A stretch of DNA of 64,000 bases from a bacterium (GTDB taxonomy: Bacteria; Electryoneota; JAOADG01): contig OY820579.1 in the NCBI GenBank assembly GCA_963681965.1, forward strand, positions 320,001 through 384,000, read 5' to 3'. Position 1 is the first letter of the stretch. The number at the start of each line of letters is the position of its first letter. The translations under genes and the position numbers were made by a program. Shown here piece after piece: positions 30,609 to 39,742 of this stretch. The notes below the pieces were generated by a model that did not search any database, had not been told where the DNA came from, and was given only the letters and a program-made list of their open reading frames with translations.

Positions 30609-32027
30609 TTATAGCATCCGAAGTCCGAGGATCCCGCCGATCCAGCCGCGCTTGTAGTAGCTGCCGGAATGACTCTTGTAAAATGCGGGCGACATCAACT
30701 CGGAACCGTCGGAGTAGTGCGAGAACATAAAATTCATACTCGGTCCGGCGAACAGCACAAAGTCGTCGGACACTTTTAGATTCCAGCTATATTGGAATTT
30801 CAATAAGGTGGCAATGTTCGGCTTGGTGCCGAATTGTAAATCGTTTTCAAAATTCAATAGATAAAATTCCGTACCGAATTCGGTATGATATCCGGTGTAA
30901 CGCTTGATCTTACCGAAACCGCCGCCAAACACCGTAATGTTGGGCGAACCGTATGCGGCATAACCGACGGCAATACGGTTGTACCAATCTTTGTTGCCGG
31001 TACGAAGCGAAGTAAAGGCATTACCCATTTCGTCGCCGAATAGTTCCCCGCGAGCGCCATGCTTTTGCGAATAGCTGATCAGACCAAGTTCGGCACCTTC
31101 GGATTCACCGGCGAAATTAATTAAACCCATTTGGCAACCGTTGGAAGACTTCGCAAAATTCACGGTTCCGATCTGCATTCCCGACATAGTACCATTGACA
31201 AAATTCAATGCGCCGCTTCCGATCATCCCATCGACATCGCCGTTGATCACATTGACTGCGCCCGCCGCAATCAAACCATCGGCTTTGTTGCCGATAATAT
31301 TCGCGGTACCAGCGCCAATCATGCCATCGGCGCTGCCGCGCGATAGGTTGAAGACACCGGATAAGATCACACCGGAACTGCTACCGCCATTCAGCAATCC
31401 ACCGCCATCGACAATAATACCGTCGCAATCTTTTCGCGCGATATTGAAACTGCCGGCATACTGAATTCCACTCATCGAACCGCCGGTGATATTCGCGAAT
31501 CCGGCACCCTGCACTCCGTTGATCGATTTGCGTCCGACATTCGCCAAACCGACTAGTTGCACGCCGTTAATCGATCTTCCGGAAACATTTCCCAGTCCGG
31601 CAAAATTGAGTCCGTTGATGTCTTCCGCAGCTAGGTTGCCGATTCCACCGAGTCCGATGCCGGAAAGATCGCCGCCGGATAGATTCAGACCAGCCGTGAA
31701 TTGTGCGCCAGTCATTGCTTTGCCGGATTGATTCAAGGCACCGGCAATCATCCAGCCGTTGGCATCTTCGCGGACCCAATTCCAAATACCGCCGATCGCC
31801 CCTTTTTCGAGACGATCACATCGACCGGCGAGCAAATTGAGAGCATAGCGATCGCTGATTTTTTTATCGTTGGGAAAAGCGGAACCGATCGACAGACCGG
31901 GCACAAGACTTAGATCGAATTTCACGTGATAATATTTCGTGGAATCGAGTTCCGTCTTACTTTCTGCGAAAGCAAAAGGCAAAATCAGCGATATAGTGAT
32001 GCAAATTGAGATTAGTAATCTCTTCAT
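30609..32027 (-). CDS. LA_2272-like Gly-rich repeat surface/outer-membrane protein
   Basis: Signal peptide; many ~15-aa GxQxxGxxN repeats; barrel-like C-terminus GWIGGILGLRML. Confidence 0.75.
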   Translation of the reverse strand: MKRLLISICITISLILPFAFAESKTELDSTKYYHVKFDLSLVPGLSIGSAFPNDKKISDRYALNLLAGRCDRLEKGAIGGIWNWVREDANGWMIAGALNQSGKAMTGAQFTAGLNLSGGDLSGIGLGGIGNLAAEDINGLNFAGLGNVSGRSINGVQLVGLANVGRKSINGVQGAGFANITGGSMSGIQYAGSFNIARKDCDGIIVDGGGLLNGGSSSGVILSGVFNLSRGSADGMIGAGTANIIGNKADGLIAAGAVNVINGDVDGMIGSGALNFVNGTMSGMQIGTVNFAKSSNGCQMGLINFAGESEGAELGLISYSQKHGARGELFGDEMGNAFTSLRTGNKDWYNRIAVGYAAYGSPNITVFGGGFGKIKRYTGYHTEFGTEFYLLNFENDLQFGTKPNIATLLKFQYSWNLKVSDDFVLFAGPSMNFMFSHYSDGSELMSPAFYKSHSGSYYKRGWIGGILGLRML

Positions 32028-32051
32028 GGTTAGCCTTATTTAATCTCGAAT

Positions 32052-32405
32052 TTATTCAGCACCATCGAGGCTTTCTTTGATGTCTTTATATCTTGCTTTA
32101 AATTCACTAATCAGTTGCAACAACTCCTCAGATGTATTGACGGCAAGAGTTCGATTAAGAAAGACTTCACCTGTATTTCCGAGGATAGTAAGAAAATTCT
32201 CTTTTATACCATACTGATCATGAAGCTGATCAAGATAACATGCTATCGCATAGGAAGTACCGACTTTGGCATATACTATAGGAAATCTTCTAATATAATC
32301 TGCATCAGCTAAGCCTGCCGGATCACCCTTCCGTCCATCAACGGAATTTCCTAAACGCATACTAAAAGCACGTCTAACAAACCATTCATATTCCATCTCA
32401 TACAT
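32052..32405 (-). CDS. AT-rich hypothetical protein (MYEMEYEWF...)
   Basis: ATG 32405 with RBS AAGGTGG, 20 bp after the FmdB stop; the longer ORF-track start overlaps FmdB. Confidence 0.55.
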   Translation of the reverse strand: MYEMEYEWFVRRAFSMRLGNSVDGRKGDPAGLADADYIRRFPIVYAKVGTSYAIACYLDQLHDQYGIKENFLTILGNTGEVFLNRTLAVNTSEELLQLISEFKARYKDIKESLDGAE

Positions 32406-32424
32406 ACAACCACCTTTCTTAGAA

Positions 32425-32736
32425 TTAATGATGGCATCCGCAATTCGGTCCGCAACCACCCGATGCCGGTTTGGTCTCTGGTTTCGATTCGCAGTTGTCG
32501 CACTTCTCGCTGCTCTCGGATTTTTTCGAGTTGCCACTCAGCGATGCATTGGCGCCTTTGTAATCGGTTTGGTAAAAACCTTTGCCATTGAAGATGAGTC
32601 CGATACCACCAGTGATAACGCGGTGAACCGGTCCACCACAGGTCGGGCAGACCGTATCGGAATTCTCGGTAATTTTCTGAATCTTTTCATAGGAATGCGA
32701 TTTATCGGTTTCGCATTCGTACACATACGTCGGCAT
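32425..32736 (-). CDS. FmdB-family zinc-ribbon protein
   Basis: MPTYVYEC, CPTCGG, FNGKGFYQTDY, Cys-rich tail. Confidence 0.9.
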   Translation of the reverse strand: MPTYVYECETDKSHSYEKIQKITENSDTVCPTCGGPVHRVITGGIGLIFNGKGFYQTDYKGANASLSGNSKKSESSEKCDNCESKPETKPASGGCGPNCGCHH

Positions 32737-32763
32737 TGCTAGTACTCCAAAACTTTACTGCCT

Positions 32764-32802
32764 GTAGGGGCGGCATTCGCCCCAAGTCAAGCGAAGCTTG
32801 AC
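32764..32802 (+). repeat. GTAG REP plus satellite GCGAAGC hairpin
   Basis: GTAGGGGCGGCATTCGCCCC then GTCAAGCGAAGCTTGAC. Confidence 0.65.
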
Positions 32803-32931
32803 ACAAACCTTGTGCAAATAACTTGATCGATCAGATCGAAAATATTAACTCTCTCTTTGTCATACTCCCTTTGCAGGGGGATACTGTGTCTTGCTTTCAA
32901 TTTTTGTTATTTCTTGTCATTTTTTTTTTTC

Positions 32932-32995
32932 GTAGGGGCGAATCGCATTCGCCCTTACTGTCGACGGACACGGGCGGTTCGCGAACCGCCCCTAC
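32932..32995. repeat. REP doublet (REPIN-like)
   Basis: GTAGGGGCGAATCGCATTCGCCC and inverted GGGCGGTTCGCGAACCGCCCCTAC. Confidence 0.85.
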
Positions 32996-33047
32996 CATCG
33001 ACAATTCGGCGGCTGGGTATTGCTACCCAACCGCCGGTATCTCATGC

Positions 33048-33485
33048 TTACATCGAAATATTGATTTCGCGTGGCTTGGCGTCTTCCGCCTTCGGCAACG
33101 ACACCACCAACACGCCATCGGTCAACTTCGCTTCGATGCGGTGCGCTTCGACATTGGTCGGCAACGTCAACACGCGACTGAACTTGCCGAACCTGCGCTC
33201 GACCACGTGGAAACTCTCGCTCTCCTGCTTTGCTTCTTCGATCCGCTCGCCGCGAATATTCAAGACATTCTCGCGCAACGTGATCTTCACATCTTCCTTG
33301 CGCATGCCGGGAAGGTCGATCTTCACGACGTAGTGATCCTTCGTTTCGATCACATCGAGGCGTGGCGACCAGACAGCTTCCGGTTCTTCGGTTTGATCGC
33401 TGCCAAAGAACGAATTGAACATCCGGTTGATTTCATTCTGCATCGAGACCATATCCCGTCGTGGCATCCAGCGTACTAATGTCAT
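33048..33485 (-). CDS. Small heat-shock protein (Hsp20/alpha-crystallin)
   Basis: WSPRLDV, DLPGM, ERRFGKFSR, DGVL..SLPK; RBS GGAGG. Confidence 0.95.
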   Translation of the reverse strand: MTLVRWMPRRDMVSMQNEINRMFNSFFGSDQTEEPEAVWSPRLDVIETKDHYVVKIDLPGMRKEDVKITLRENVLNIRGERIEEAKQESESFHVVERRFGKFSRVLTLPTNVEAHRIEAKLTDGVLVVSLPKAEDAKPREINISM

Positions 33486-33646
33486 GGCTAATCCTCCAAA
33501 AAATTTTTCCGGTACCTATCGGTACACTGTTCGGTTTCTTAAAAAAATCATCCGATCATTCAAAGGATGAAATCCCCTCAGGATTTCATTCGGATCGCCG
33601 TCAGTCGGGATCGGTACCGAGTTCCCACCGCGATCCGACTCTAGGA

Positions 33647-33673
33647 TTAGCAATCATCGTGCCAGAGTGCTAA
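33647..33673. promoter_or_regulatory. CIRCE (HrcA operator), one mismatch
   Basis: TTAGCAATC-N9-GAGTGCTAA versus consensus TTAGCACTC-N9-GAGTGCTAA, upstream of hsp20 and groESL. Confidence 0.85.
33649..33664 (-). promoter_or_regulatory. Sigma54 -24/-12 promoter nested in the CIRCE
   Basis: Minus strand TGGCACGATGATTGCT (GG-N10-GC), pointing to hsp20. Confidence 0.7.
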
Positions 33674-33974
33674 GATACGGTTTTATCTAGCGTTCTCAAA
33701 CTCATGTGAGGCTCTTTCTTAGCACACACACCACCATTCTGCCAACATGACATTCTTTTCTGACACATTGCTAGAATCTGTCTGACATAATGGCGCAGCG
33801 TTGTCATGTTTTCTAAAACTACATTCCATTCCAATAACGGCATTTGCCCGATTTGATCAAGTATCACCTGAAAATCAATTCAATCATTATCGAGTCATTC
33901 ATACCGCTATCAGTTGTTCTTGCAAACGGAATCGCTTACAATACTATACGATGAGTCTAATTCGGGAGCAGTTC

Positions 33975-34691
33975 ATGCAACTCTTTGGAAAATCATGGCT
34001 GATTTTCGCAGTTTTATTATCCTTTGCATTACTCATTACGAGTTGTTACAAGAAAGATGAGGAACCATCCACTTCACCAACTCTCCCGACACCCACACTG
34101 TTCGGCAGTTGGGTACGGTTTGCGCACAGCGAAAAATCCAATACCGTCTGGTTCACCCGGATGACTCACGATACCGCAATCTTCACACTCAATAGCGCTC
34201 ACAATTGGCAGTATACCCGCACCACAAATGGTACAACCTCGGTTCTTTCCGGATCGGCGACTATTGGCGAAACGTCGATGTTACTGCAAATCGATTCTGT
34301 CTTCAACGACTCGATCTATCATCCTAATACCGTCACAAAATGGGAATACTCACTCGTTCTGGATGGTCTGTTTGTGTTCGATTCGTCAAGTAGCGACACC
34401 TTTAAAGCCGATGCTTTTACGAATATGTCCTTGCACGGTGTCGCGATCGCCGGTATCGTTCGGAGTGGCATGAATCAGGGTATTCCATCGGTTCTGGTCA
34501 CAGCATCGACTTCCTCGGGAAAAGAAGTATCGACCAGATCAAATTATGCGGGTTGTTATCTATTGAATTATCTGCCTGTAGAAAGATGGACAGTGAGTGG
34601 AATTGCGAATGGATACGCGCTGCTGCCGCAGTTGGTTACTGCCGATTCAGTGCGGTCTTATCCTCTGGAATTTATTTTATACGGCAAATGA
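33975..34691 (+). CDS. Lipoprotein with C-terminal carboxypeptidase-regulatory-like (prealbumin-fold) domain
   Basis: Lipobox LITSC; IAGIVR...GIPSVLVT...TRSNYAGCY; RBS GGGAG. Confidence 0.65.
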   Translation: MQLFGKSWLIFAVLLSFALLITSCYKKDEEPSTSPTLPTPTLFGSWVRFAHSEKSNTVWFTRMTHDTAIFTLNSAHNWQYTRTTNGTTSVLSGSATIGETSMLLQIDSVFNDSIYHPNTVTKWEYSLVLDGLFVFDSSSSDTFKADAFTNMSLHGVAIAGIVRSGMNQGIPSVLVTASTSSGKEVSTRSNYAGCYLLNYLPVERWTVSGIANGYALLPQLVTADSVRSYPLEFILYGK

Positions 34692-34779
34692 AACTTGATC
34701 AGAGTTGCCGACTGAGACTTGCATTCCAGCCGATAGTGCGGTATGTTTCATCTCGTTTTAAGCGGAATCACCGACCGAT

Positions 34780-35235
34780 ATGACCGATACGATTTTAATT
34801 GTCGACGACAATCTAACCTATGCAAAATGGACCGAAGCCGTTCTTCGCCAAGCCGGCTACGATATTGCATTTGCCGAATCGGCTCGTACTGGTTTATCGC
34901 AGGCAGTAGAAAATCCCGATAAATTTCAAGCGGTCTTTTCGGATATCACTATGGAGCATCCCGGTGCAGGTTTAGTACTTATTCCCAAACTTCGGTCGCG
35001 CGGTTATAAAGGGATTACAGTTTTGGTTTCTACCGGCTTCGATTATCCGATCGTTTTCTGGCTGTCGAAACTAACTCTTCCATTGATCGGAGTGGATGGT
35101 CTGGTGATCAAGAAAGCAATGCGCGATGCTGGAAAGTGGCGGATCGAGTGGATTTCCAAGCGAAACGGAATTCGTGAATTAAAAGACCGGATCGGACACA
35201 TTGTCGATATTCCGAATTGGGTTCGACCTAAATAG
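34780..35235 (+). CDS. Stand-alone response regulator receiver
   Basis: ILIVDD, FSDITME, VST. Confidence 0.8.
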   Translation: MTDTILIVDDNLTYAKWTEAVLRQAGYDIAFAESARTGLSQAVENPDKFQAVFSDITMEHPGAGLVLIPKLRSRGYKGITVLVSTGFDYPIVFWLSKLTLPLIGVDGLVIKKAMRDAGKWRIEWISKRNGIRELKDRIGHIVDIPNWVRPK

Positions 35236-35237
35236 CG

Positions 35238-35261
35238 AAAGGGTGCCGACAGCACCCTTTT
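35238..35261 (+). terminator. Terminator after the receiver gene
   Basis: AAAGGGTGC-CGACA-GCACCCTTTT. Confidence 0.65.
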
Positions 35262-35306
35262 CGATTTTATTCCATAGTATCTCTTGAAAATAAGTTGATA
35301 TCGATA

Positions 35307-35353
35307 GTAGGGGCGGATCCCCGCGTCCGCCCGCAGGTCAGGCGAAGCCTGAC
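35307..35353 (+). repeat. GTAG REP plus satellite GCGAAGC hairpin
   Basis: GTAGGGGCGGATCCCCGCGTCCGCCC then GTCAGGCGAAGCCTGAC. Confidence 0.75.
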
Positions 35354-35402
35354 ACCGAATCATGACAACGTATTTTCAAGAACCACTATATACCATCACA
35401 CT

Positions 35403-36428
35403 CTACGAAAATATCAACTTCAGATACCAGTCCAATAGCGCCTCACCATACAACCATGACACCCACGCGCCACTGATAAGCGCCGGTCCAAACGGAAAGG
35501 GTTGATCTGTGCCATGCCCCTTCTTGATCCGCATCGCAATCCAAATAAGAATACCAAGGATTGCTCCAAGTACATACGCGATCAGTACACGACCGGGACC
35601 GGTAATAATTCCGACTGCCGCCATCAGTTTAATGTCACCCAATCCGATTGCTTCACGCCCCTGCAGAAACAAAAAGAAGCCCCAAAGTGTAAGTAACCCG
35701 CCACCACCGGCGAGTAAGCCCCACACAGCATTCCAACCAGCGTAATTGAGTGTTCCATAAAAACCAATCACTAGACTGATCACGCCGATCAAGAAACCAC
35801 CACCACCCCAAATCAAACGCTCTTTTAAGGTCGGCTCAGAATCTTCCGCCATTTTTTGTTCTTCTTCTGTAAGTTCTTTACCGAAGATTTTTCGCCAGAC
35901 GATCGTTAAGAAAATAACCATCACCAGAAGTGTCACTACCTGCCAGGTAGCATCGGAACCACCAGTTAGGAATACTCCGAACAATCCAATTACTGCGATT
36001 GCAGTAACCAATGAATCGGGTAACTCCATCAGCTCGATATCGATCAACGCAAGCGACATCAGAATCGGCGATAATAGCACTGCCATAAGTTGACGAACGG
36101 GATCACCCTGCCATGCAACGACTCCCCATAACGCTACCAATGCTACTGTCAGCTCGACGATGGGATAACGTAAAGAAATCGGTTTCTTACAGTCACGACA
36201 CTTACCACGCAGCAATAAAATGTATGAGAACAGCGGTATGTTATCGTACCAGCGAATTGGTTTCAGACAATCCGGACAATGACTACCCGGTTTCATGATC
36301 GATTCATTTCGAGGTGTCCGCCAAATCAATACATTGGCGAAGCTACCCAGAATTAATCCGAATAACACACTAAGCACCATATAGAAACCGAGTGGCATTA
36401 GTTGAAGCGCACTCACAACATTAGTCAT
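35403..36428 (-). CDS. pilD: Prepilin peptidase/methyltransferase
   Basis: GSFANV, SHCPDC, GKCRDC, LID, GLGDIKL, PFGP. Confidence 0.93.
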   Translation of the reverse strand: MTNVVSALQLMPLGFYMVLSVLFGLILGSFANVLIWRTPRNESIMKPGSHCPDCLKPIRWYDNIPLFSYILLLRGKCRDCKKPISLRYPIVELTVALVALWGVVAWQGDPVRQLMAVLLSPILMSLALIDIELMELPDSLVTAIAVIGLFGVFLTGGSDATWQVVTLLVMVIFLTIVWRKIFGKELTEEEQKMAEDSEPTLKERLIWGGGGFLIGVISLVIGFYGTLNYAGWNAVWGLLAGGGGLLTLWGFFLFLQGREAIGLGDIKLMAAVGIITGPGRVLIAYVLGAILGILIWIAMRIKKGHGTDQPFPFGPALISGAWVSWLYGEALLDWYLKLIFS

Positions 36429-36514
36429 CAGTTCATCTTCCGTATCAGTGTATTTGACTGAAATAAGAAAGCGCAGACTTTTTAGCCTGCGCCTTCAAAC
36501 GATAACGAATAATC

Positions 36515-37759
36515 TTACATTCTTCCGATGGCGCGACCGAGCTTAAACACCGGCAAGTAAACAGCAACCAGAATTCCAGTTACCACACCACCGAGCATGA
36601 TGATGATCATCGGTTCGATCAACGAGGTCATACGTTCAACCATGGCGTCGACTTGCTTTTCATAGAAATAAGCGGCTTTATCGAGCAACTTGTCCATTTC
36701 ACCGGTTTCTTCACCGGTCTGAACGAGCTGAACCAACGTCGACGGGAATACGCCTGATTTCTTCAACGCAATCGAAATAGCGAAACCGTCTTTTACCATT
36801 CGTTTGATATTAACGATACCGCGCCCAATCACTTCATTTTCAACAACCCGTTGTACTTGAGTGAATGCTTCGAGAACAGGAACGCCCGAACCCATTAAAA
36901 TACCGAAAGTACGGGAGAACTTATTCATCGTGGAATATTCAATCAACGCGCCAAAGACTGGAATCTTTAGCTTGATTGAATCCATGATGTACGCACCGCG
37001 CTCGGTTTTCGATACCAACCAAATCGAAACTATCATAATGACAATAATTGCGGCAACGGGAATAAAGTTTTGCGAAATAATCTGCGCAACATTGACCAAC
37101 AATCGGGTTGGACCGGGCAAACCAGCGCCGAACTTAGCATAAACTTCGGCAAATTGAGGTACGACGAAGACAATCAAAATCGTCACGATAAAAACCATGA
37201 AGACGATTGCCAAAATCGGGTATGTCAATGCCGAAACAACTTTTCGTCGAGTTTCTTCGGATGATTCGAGATAATCCGAAAGCTGTTCCATTGCGACGTG
37301 CAAAGAACCGGAAATTTCACCGGCTTTAATCGTTGCAACGAACAATCCATCGAAGACACCGGGGTGTTGCGCGAGCGCATCGGATAGCGACATACCTTTT
37401 TTCAGGTCGTTCGCAATATCCGCCAGCACGCGTCGAAACCGGGGATTCTTTTCCTCGACCATTAGATTCGAAATCGAGCGTTCGATCGTCAAACCGGCGG
37501 AGAACATCGTTGACAACTGGCGGGTAAAAAACACCACCACTTTCAACGGAACGTGTGTTCGCCACTTGAACAGTTGCAGTTGGATTTGCTCCGCAACAGT
37601 CAACCGTTCGACTTCCATTGACTTGATTTCTTTCAGGCTGACGACTTTTGCCCCACGCTTGGTAAGCGCAGTTAATGCAGCGTTCTGCGAAGGGGCTCGA
37701 ATAACGTCTTCCCTACGGGTGCCTTCTGTATCTGTAATGATGTAGGCGTACCTGGGCAT
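36515..37759 (-). CDS. pilC: Type IV pilus inner-membrane platform protein
   Basis: FTRQLSTM, AGEISG, ALTYP, GEETG, LIEP. Confidence 0.92.
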   Translation of the reverse strand: MPRYAYIITDTEGTRREDVIRAPSQNAALTALTKRGAKVVSLKEIKSMEVERLTVAEQIQLQLFKWRTHVPLKVVVFFTRQLSTMFSAGLTIERSISNLMVEEKNPRFRRVLADIANDLKKGMSLSDALAQHPGVFDGLFVATIKAGEISGSLHVAMEQLSDYLESSEETRRKVVSALTYPILAIVFMVFIVTILIVFVVPQFAEVYAKFGAGLPGPTRLLVNVAQIISQNFIPVAAIIVIMIVSIWLVSKTERGAYIMDSIKLKIPVFGALIEYSTMNKFSRTFGILMGSGVPVLEAFTQVQRVVENEVIGRGIVNIKRMVKDGFAISIALKKSGVFPSTLVQLVQTGEETGEMDKLLDKAAYFYEKQVDAMVERMTSLIEPMIIIMLGGVVTGILVAVYLPVFKLGRAIGRM

Positions 37760-37838
37760 GCCTGCTCCTCAATCAACCATCTATCAATCGCCAATTACCC
37801 AAACTAGATGCCGTTACGGCGAAAGCCGACAGCTTTTT

Positions 37839-39554
37839 TTATTCCTGCGTGGTAACGCGCAGCAATTCGTGAATTGTCGTGACACCGGAAACGATTTTTC
37901 GAATTCCGGAAAGACGTAACGAGTACATACCTTCGCCGATTGCCGACTGGCGAATTGCTTCTTGATTTTGATTATCGAAAATCATCTGGCGAACTAACGG
38001 AGTAATTCGAAGCAATTCAAAAATACCAATTCGACCCATGTAACCGGTGTTACGGCAGTGTACGCAGCCCTTGCCACGATAAATCTGCTTGCCTTCGAAC
38101 CATTTACGTTCTTCCGGCGTAATATTCAACATTTCCAATTCGTAGGGATCCGGCTCGTACGCAGTCTTGCAATGCGGGCAGATTCTTCGAACCAGACGTT
38201 GCGCCATCACCAACAGCAACGATGAACCGACCAAGAATGGCGGAATACCGATATCGATCAATCGTGTGATCGTAGCTGGTGCGTCGTTAGCGTGAAGAGT
38301 CGAAAATACAATATGACCAGTCAAAGAAAACTTAACGGCGATATCGGCGGTTTCTTCGTCGCGAATTTCACCGATCAGCAATTTGTCCGGGTCTTGACGA
38401 AGGATTGAACGCAAAGTCGCGGCAAATGTCAAACCGATTTTTTCTTTGATCTGAACCTGATTGATACCCGATAATTGGTATTCAACCGGGTCTTCAACCG
38501 TCGTGATGTTGTCGTCGGGCGACAAAATATCTTTCAACGACGCATACAGCGTTGTCGATTTTCCCGAACCGGTAGGACCGGAAACAATAACCATTCCATA
38601 CGGTTGCTTAATGGTTCGGCGGAAAATCTTAAGTTCGTGATCTTCAAATCCCAACGAAGTCAAGTCCATCGAGAAGCTCGATTTATCGAGCAAACGCAAT
38701 ACGACTTTTTCACCGTTTACGGTCGGTAGAATACTGACACGAACGTCAACTTCTTTATCAGCGGATTTAATCGAAAAACGACCGTCTTGCGGCAAGCGCC
38801 GCTCGGCGATATTCAACTTCGAAATAATCTTGATACGGGAAATAATACCGGCATGGGAAGCCTTTGGAGGACTCATGACTTCCATCAACACACCGTCAAT
38901 ACGATATCGAATTGCAACCCGTTCGCCCTGAACTTCGATGTGAATATCGGTAGTACGTTCTTTCAATGCTTCGCTAATGATTAAGTTGACCAACTTAACG
39001 ATCGGCGCGTCGTCATCACCGGTTTGTGCCTTGGTCATGTCGACCATGGATTCATCGTCGGAATCGGCTTCGGCGAAGAATTGCAATTCACCGATCGTTT
39101 CCTTGACTTCTCCGGCTTTACGAATTCTGACATACAATTGGTCGATTGCATTCCGAATAGCTGTCGGCGATGCCATCACCAATTTTACATTGTTATTCGA
39201 GAGCTGCTTTAAACGATCTTCGATCGTAATATCGTCCGGATCGGCAATGGCAACGACCAAGAGACCGTTTTCCATGGCGATCGGCAAGACGTAATGTTCC
39301 TTGGCAAAATCTTCAGGTACTAGTGCTAGCGCATCTTCGCGAGCTTCCAATAGTTTATCGGGATGATAATAATCGTGTCCGGCTTGGCGAGCCAAACCTT
39401 TAGTGATATTTTCTTCGACTACATAACCCAGATGTACCAGGACTTCACCAATTCGCTTTCCACGCGAATTTCGCTGTTCGGCAAGCGCTTTTCCCAATTG
39501 ATCTTGAGTGATCAATTTCTCGCTTACCAGAATATCTCCAAGCTTCTCGAACAT
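37839..39554 (-). CDS. pilB: Type IV pilus assembly ATPase with MshEN-like N-terminus
   Basis: KLGDILV...RIGEVLV; GPTGSGKSTT; LRQDPD; CPHC/CVHC. Confidence 0.93.
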   Translation of the reverse strand: MFEKLGDILVSEKLITQDQLGKALAEQRNSRGKRIGEVLVHLGYVVEENITKGLARQAGHDYYHPDKLLEAREDALALVPEDFAKEHYVLPIAMENGLLVVAIADPDDITIEDRLKQLSNNNVKLVMASPTAIRNAIDQLYVRIRKAGEVKETIGELQFFAEADSDDESMVDMTKAQTGDDDAPIVKLVNLIISEALKERTTDIHIEVQGERVAIRYRIDGVLMEVMSPPKASHAGIISRIKIISKLNIAERRLPQDGRFSIKSADKEVDVRVSILPTVNGEKVVLRLLDKSSFSMDLTSLGFEDHELKIFRRTIKQPYGMVIVSGPTGSGKSTTLYASLKDILSPDDNITTVEDPVEYQLSGINQVQIKEKIGLTFAATLRSILRQDPDKLLIGEIRDEETADIAVKFSLTGHIVFSTLHANDAPATITRLIDIGIPPFLVGSSLLLVMAQRLVRRICPHCKTAYEPDPYELEMLNITPEERKWFEGKQIYRGKGCVHCRNTGYMGRIGIFELLRITPLVRQMIFDNQNQEAIRQSAIGEGMYSLRLSGIRKIVSGVTTIHELLRVTTQE

Positions 39555-39583
39555 AAGAACCTATCGTTTTCGCTTTCGGTTTT

Positions 39584-39607
39584 GCGGGGTTTCCGACGAA
39601 ACCCCGC
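39584..39607 (-). other. Hairpin upstream of pilB, twin of 926-949
   Basis: Minus strand GCGGGGTTTC-GTCG-GAAACCCCGC. Confidence 0.7.
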
Positions 39608-39742
39608 ATCCGAAAATTTAACTTGATATTACTACCTGAATGTTACTTTAGCCGGTCACTGTTTCGAGTGTTGCGACTTCTTCGAATATTGATTTCAAAG
39701 CCCGTGAAAAGAAGCATGTAATTTCACGTGAAAGCAACTTCA

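Noticed and set aside
29930-30610. Integron cassettes (attC) around the AT-rich orphans
   Set aside because: Only a GC hairpin near 30306-30334 and an isolated GCTAAC; no convincing RYYYAAC...GTTRRRY pair and no integrase
32406-32537. N-terminal extension of ORF 32052..32537
   Set aside because: Overlaps the FmdB gene; a better ATG with RBS lies at 32405
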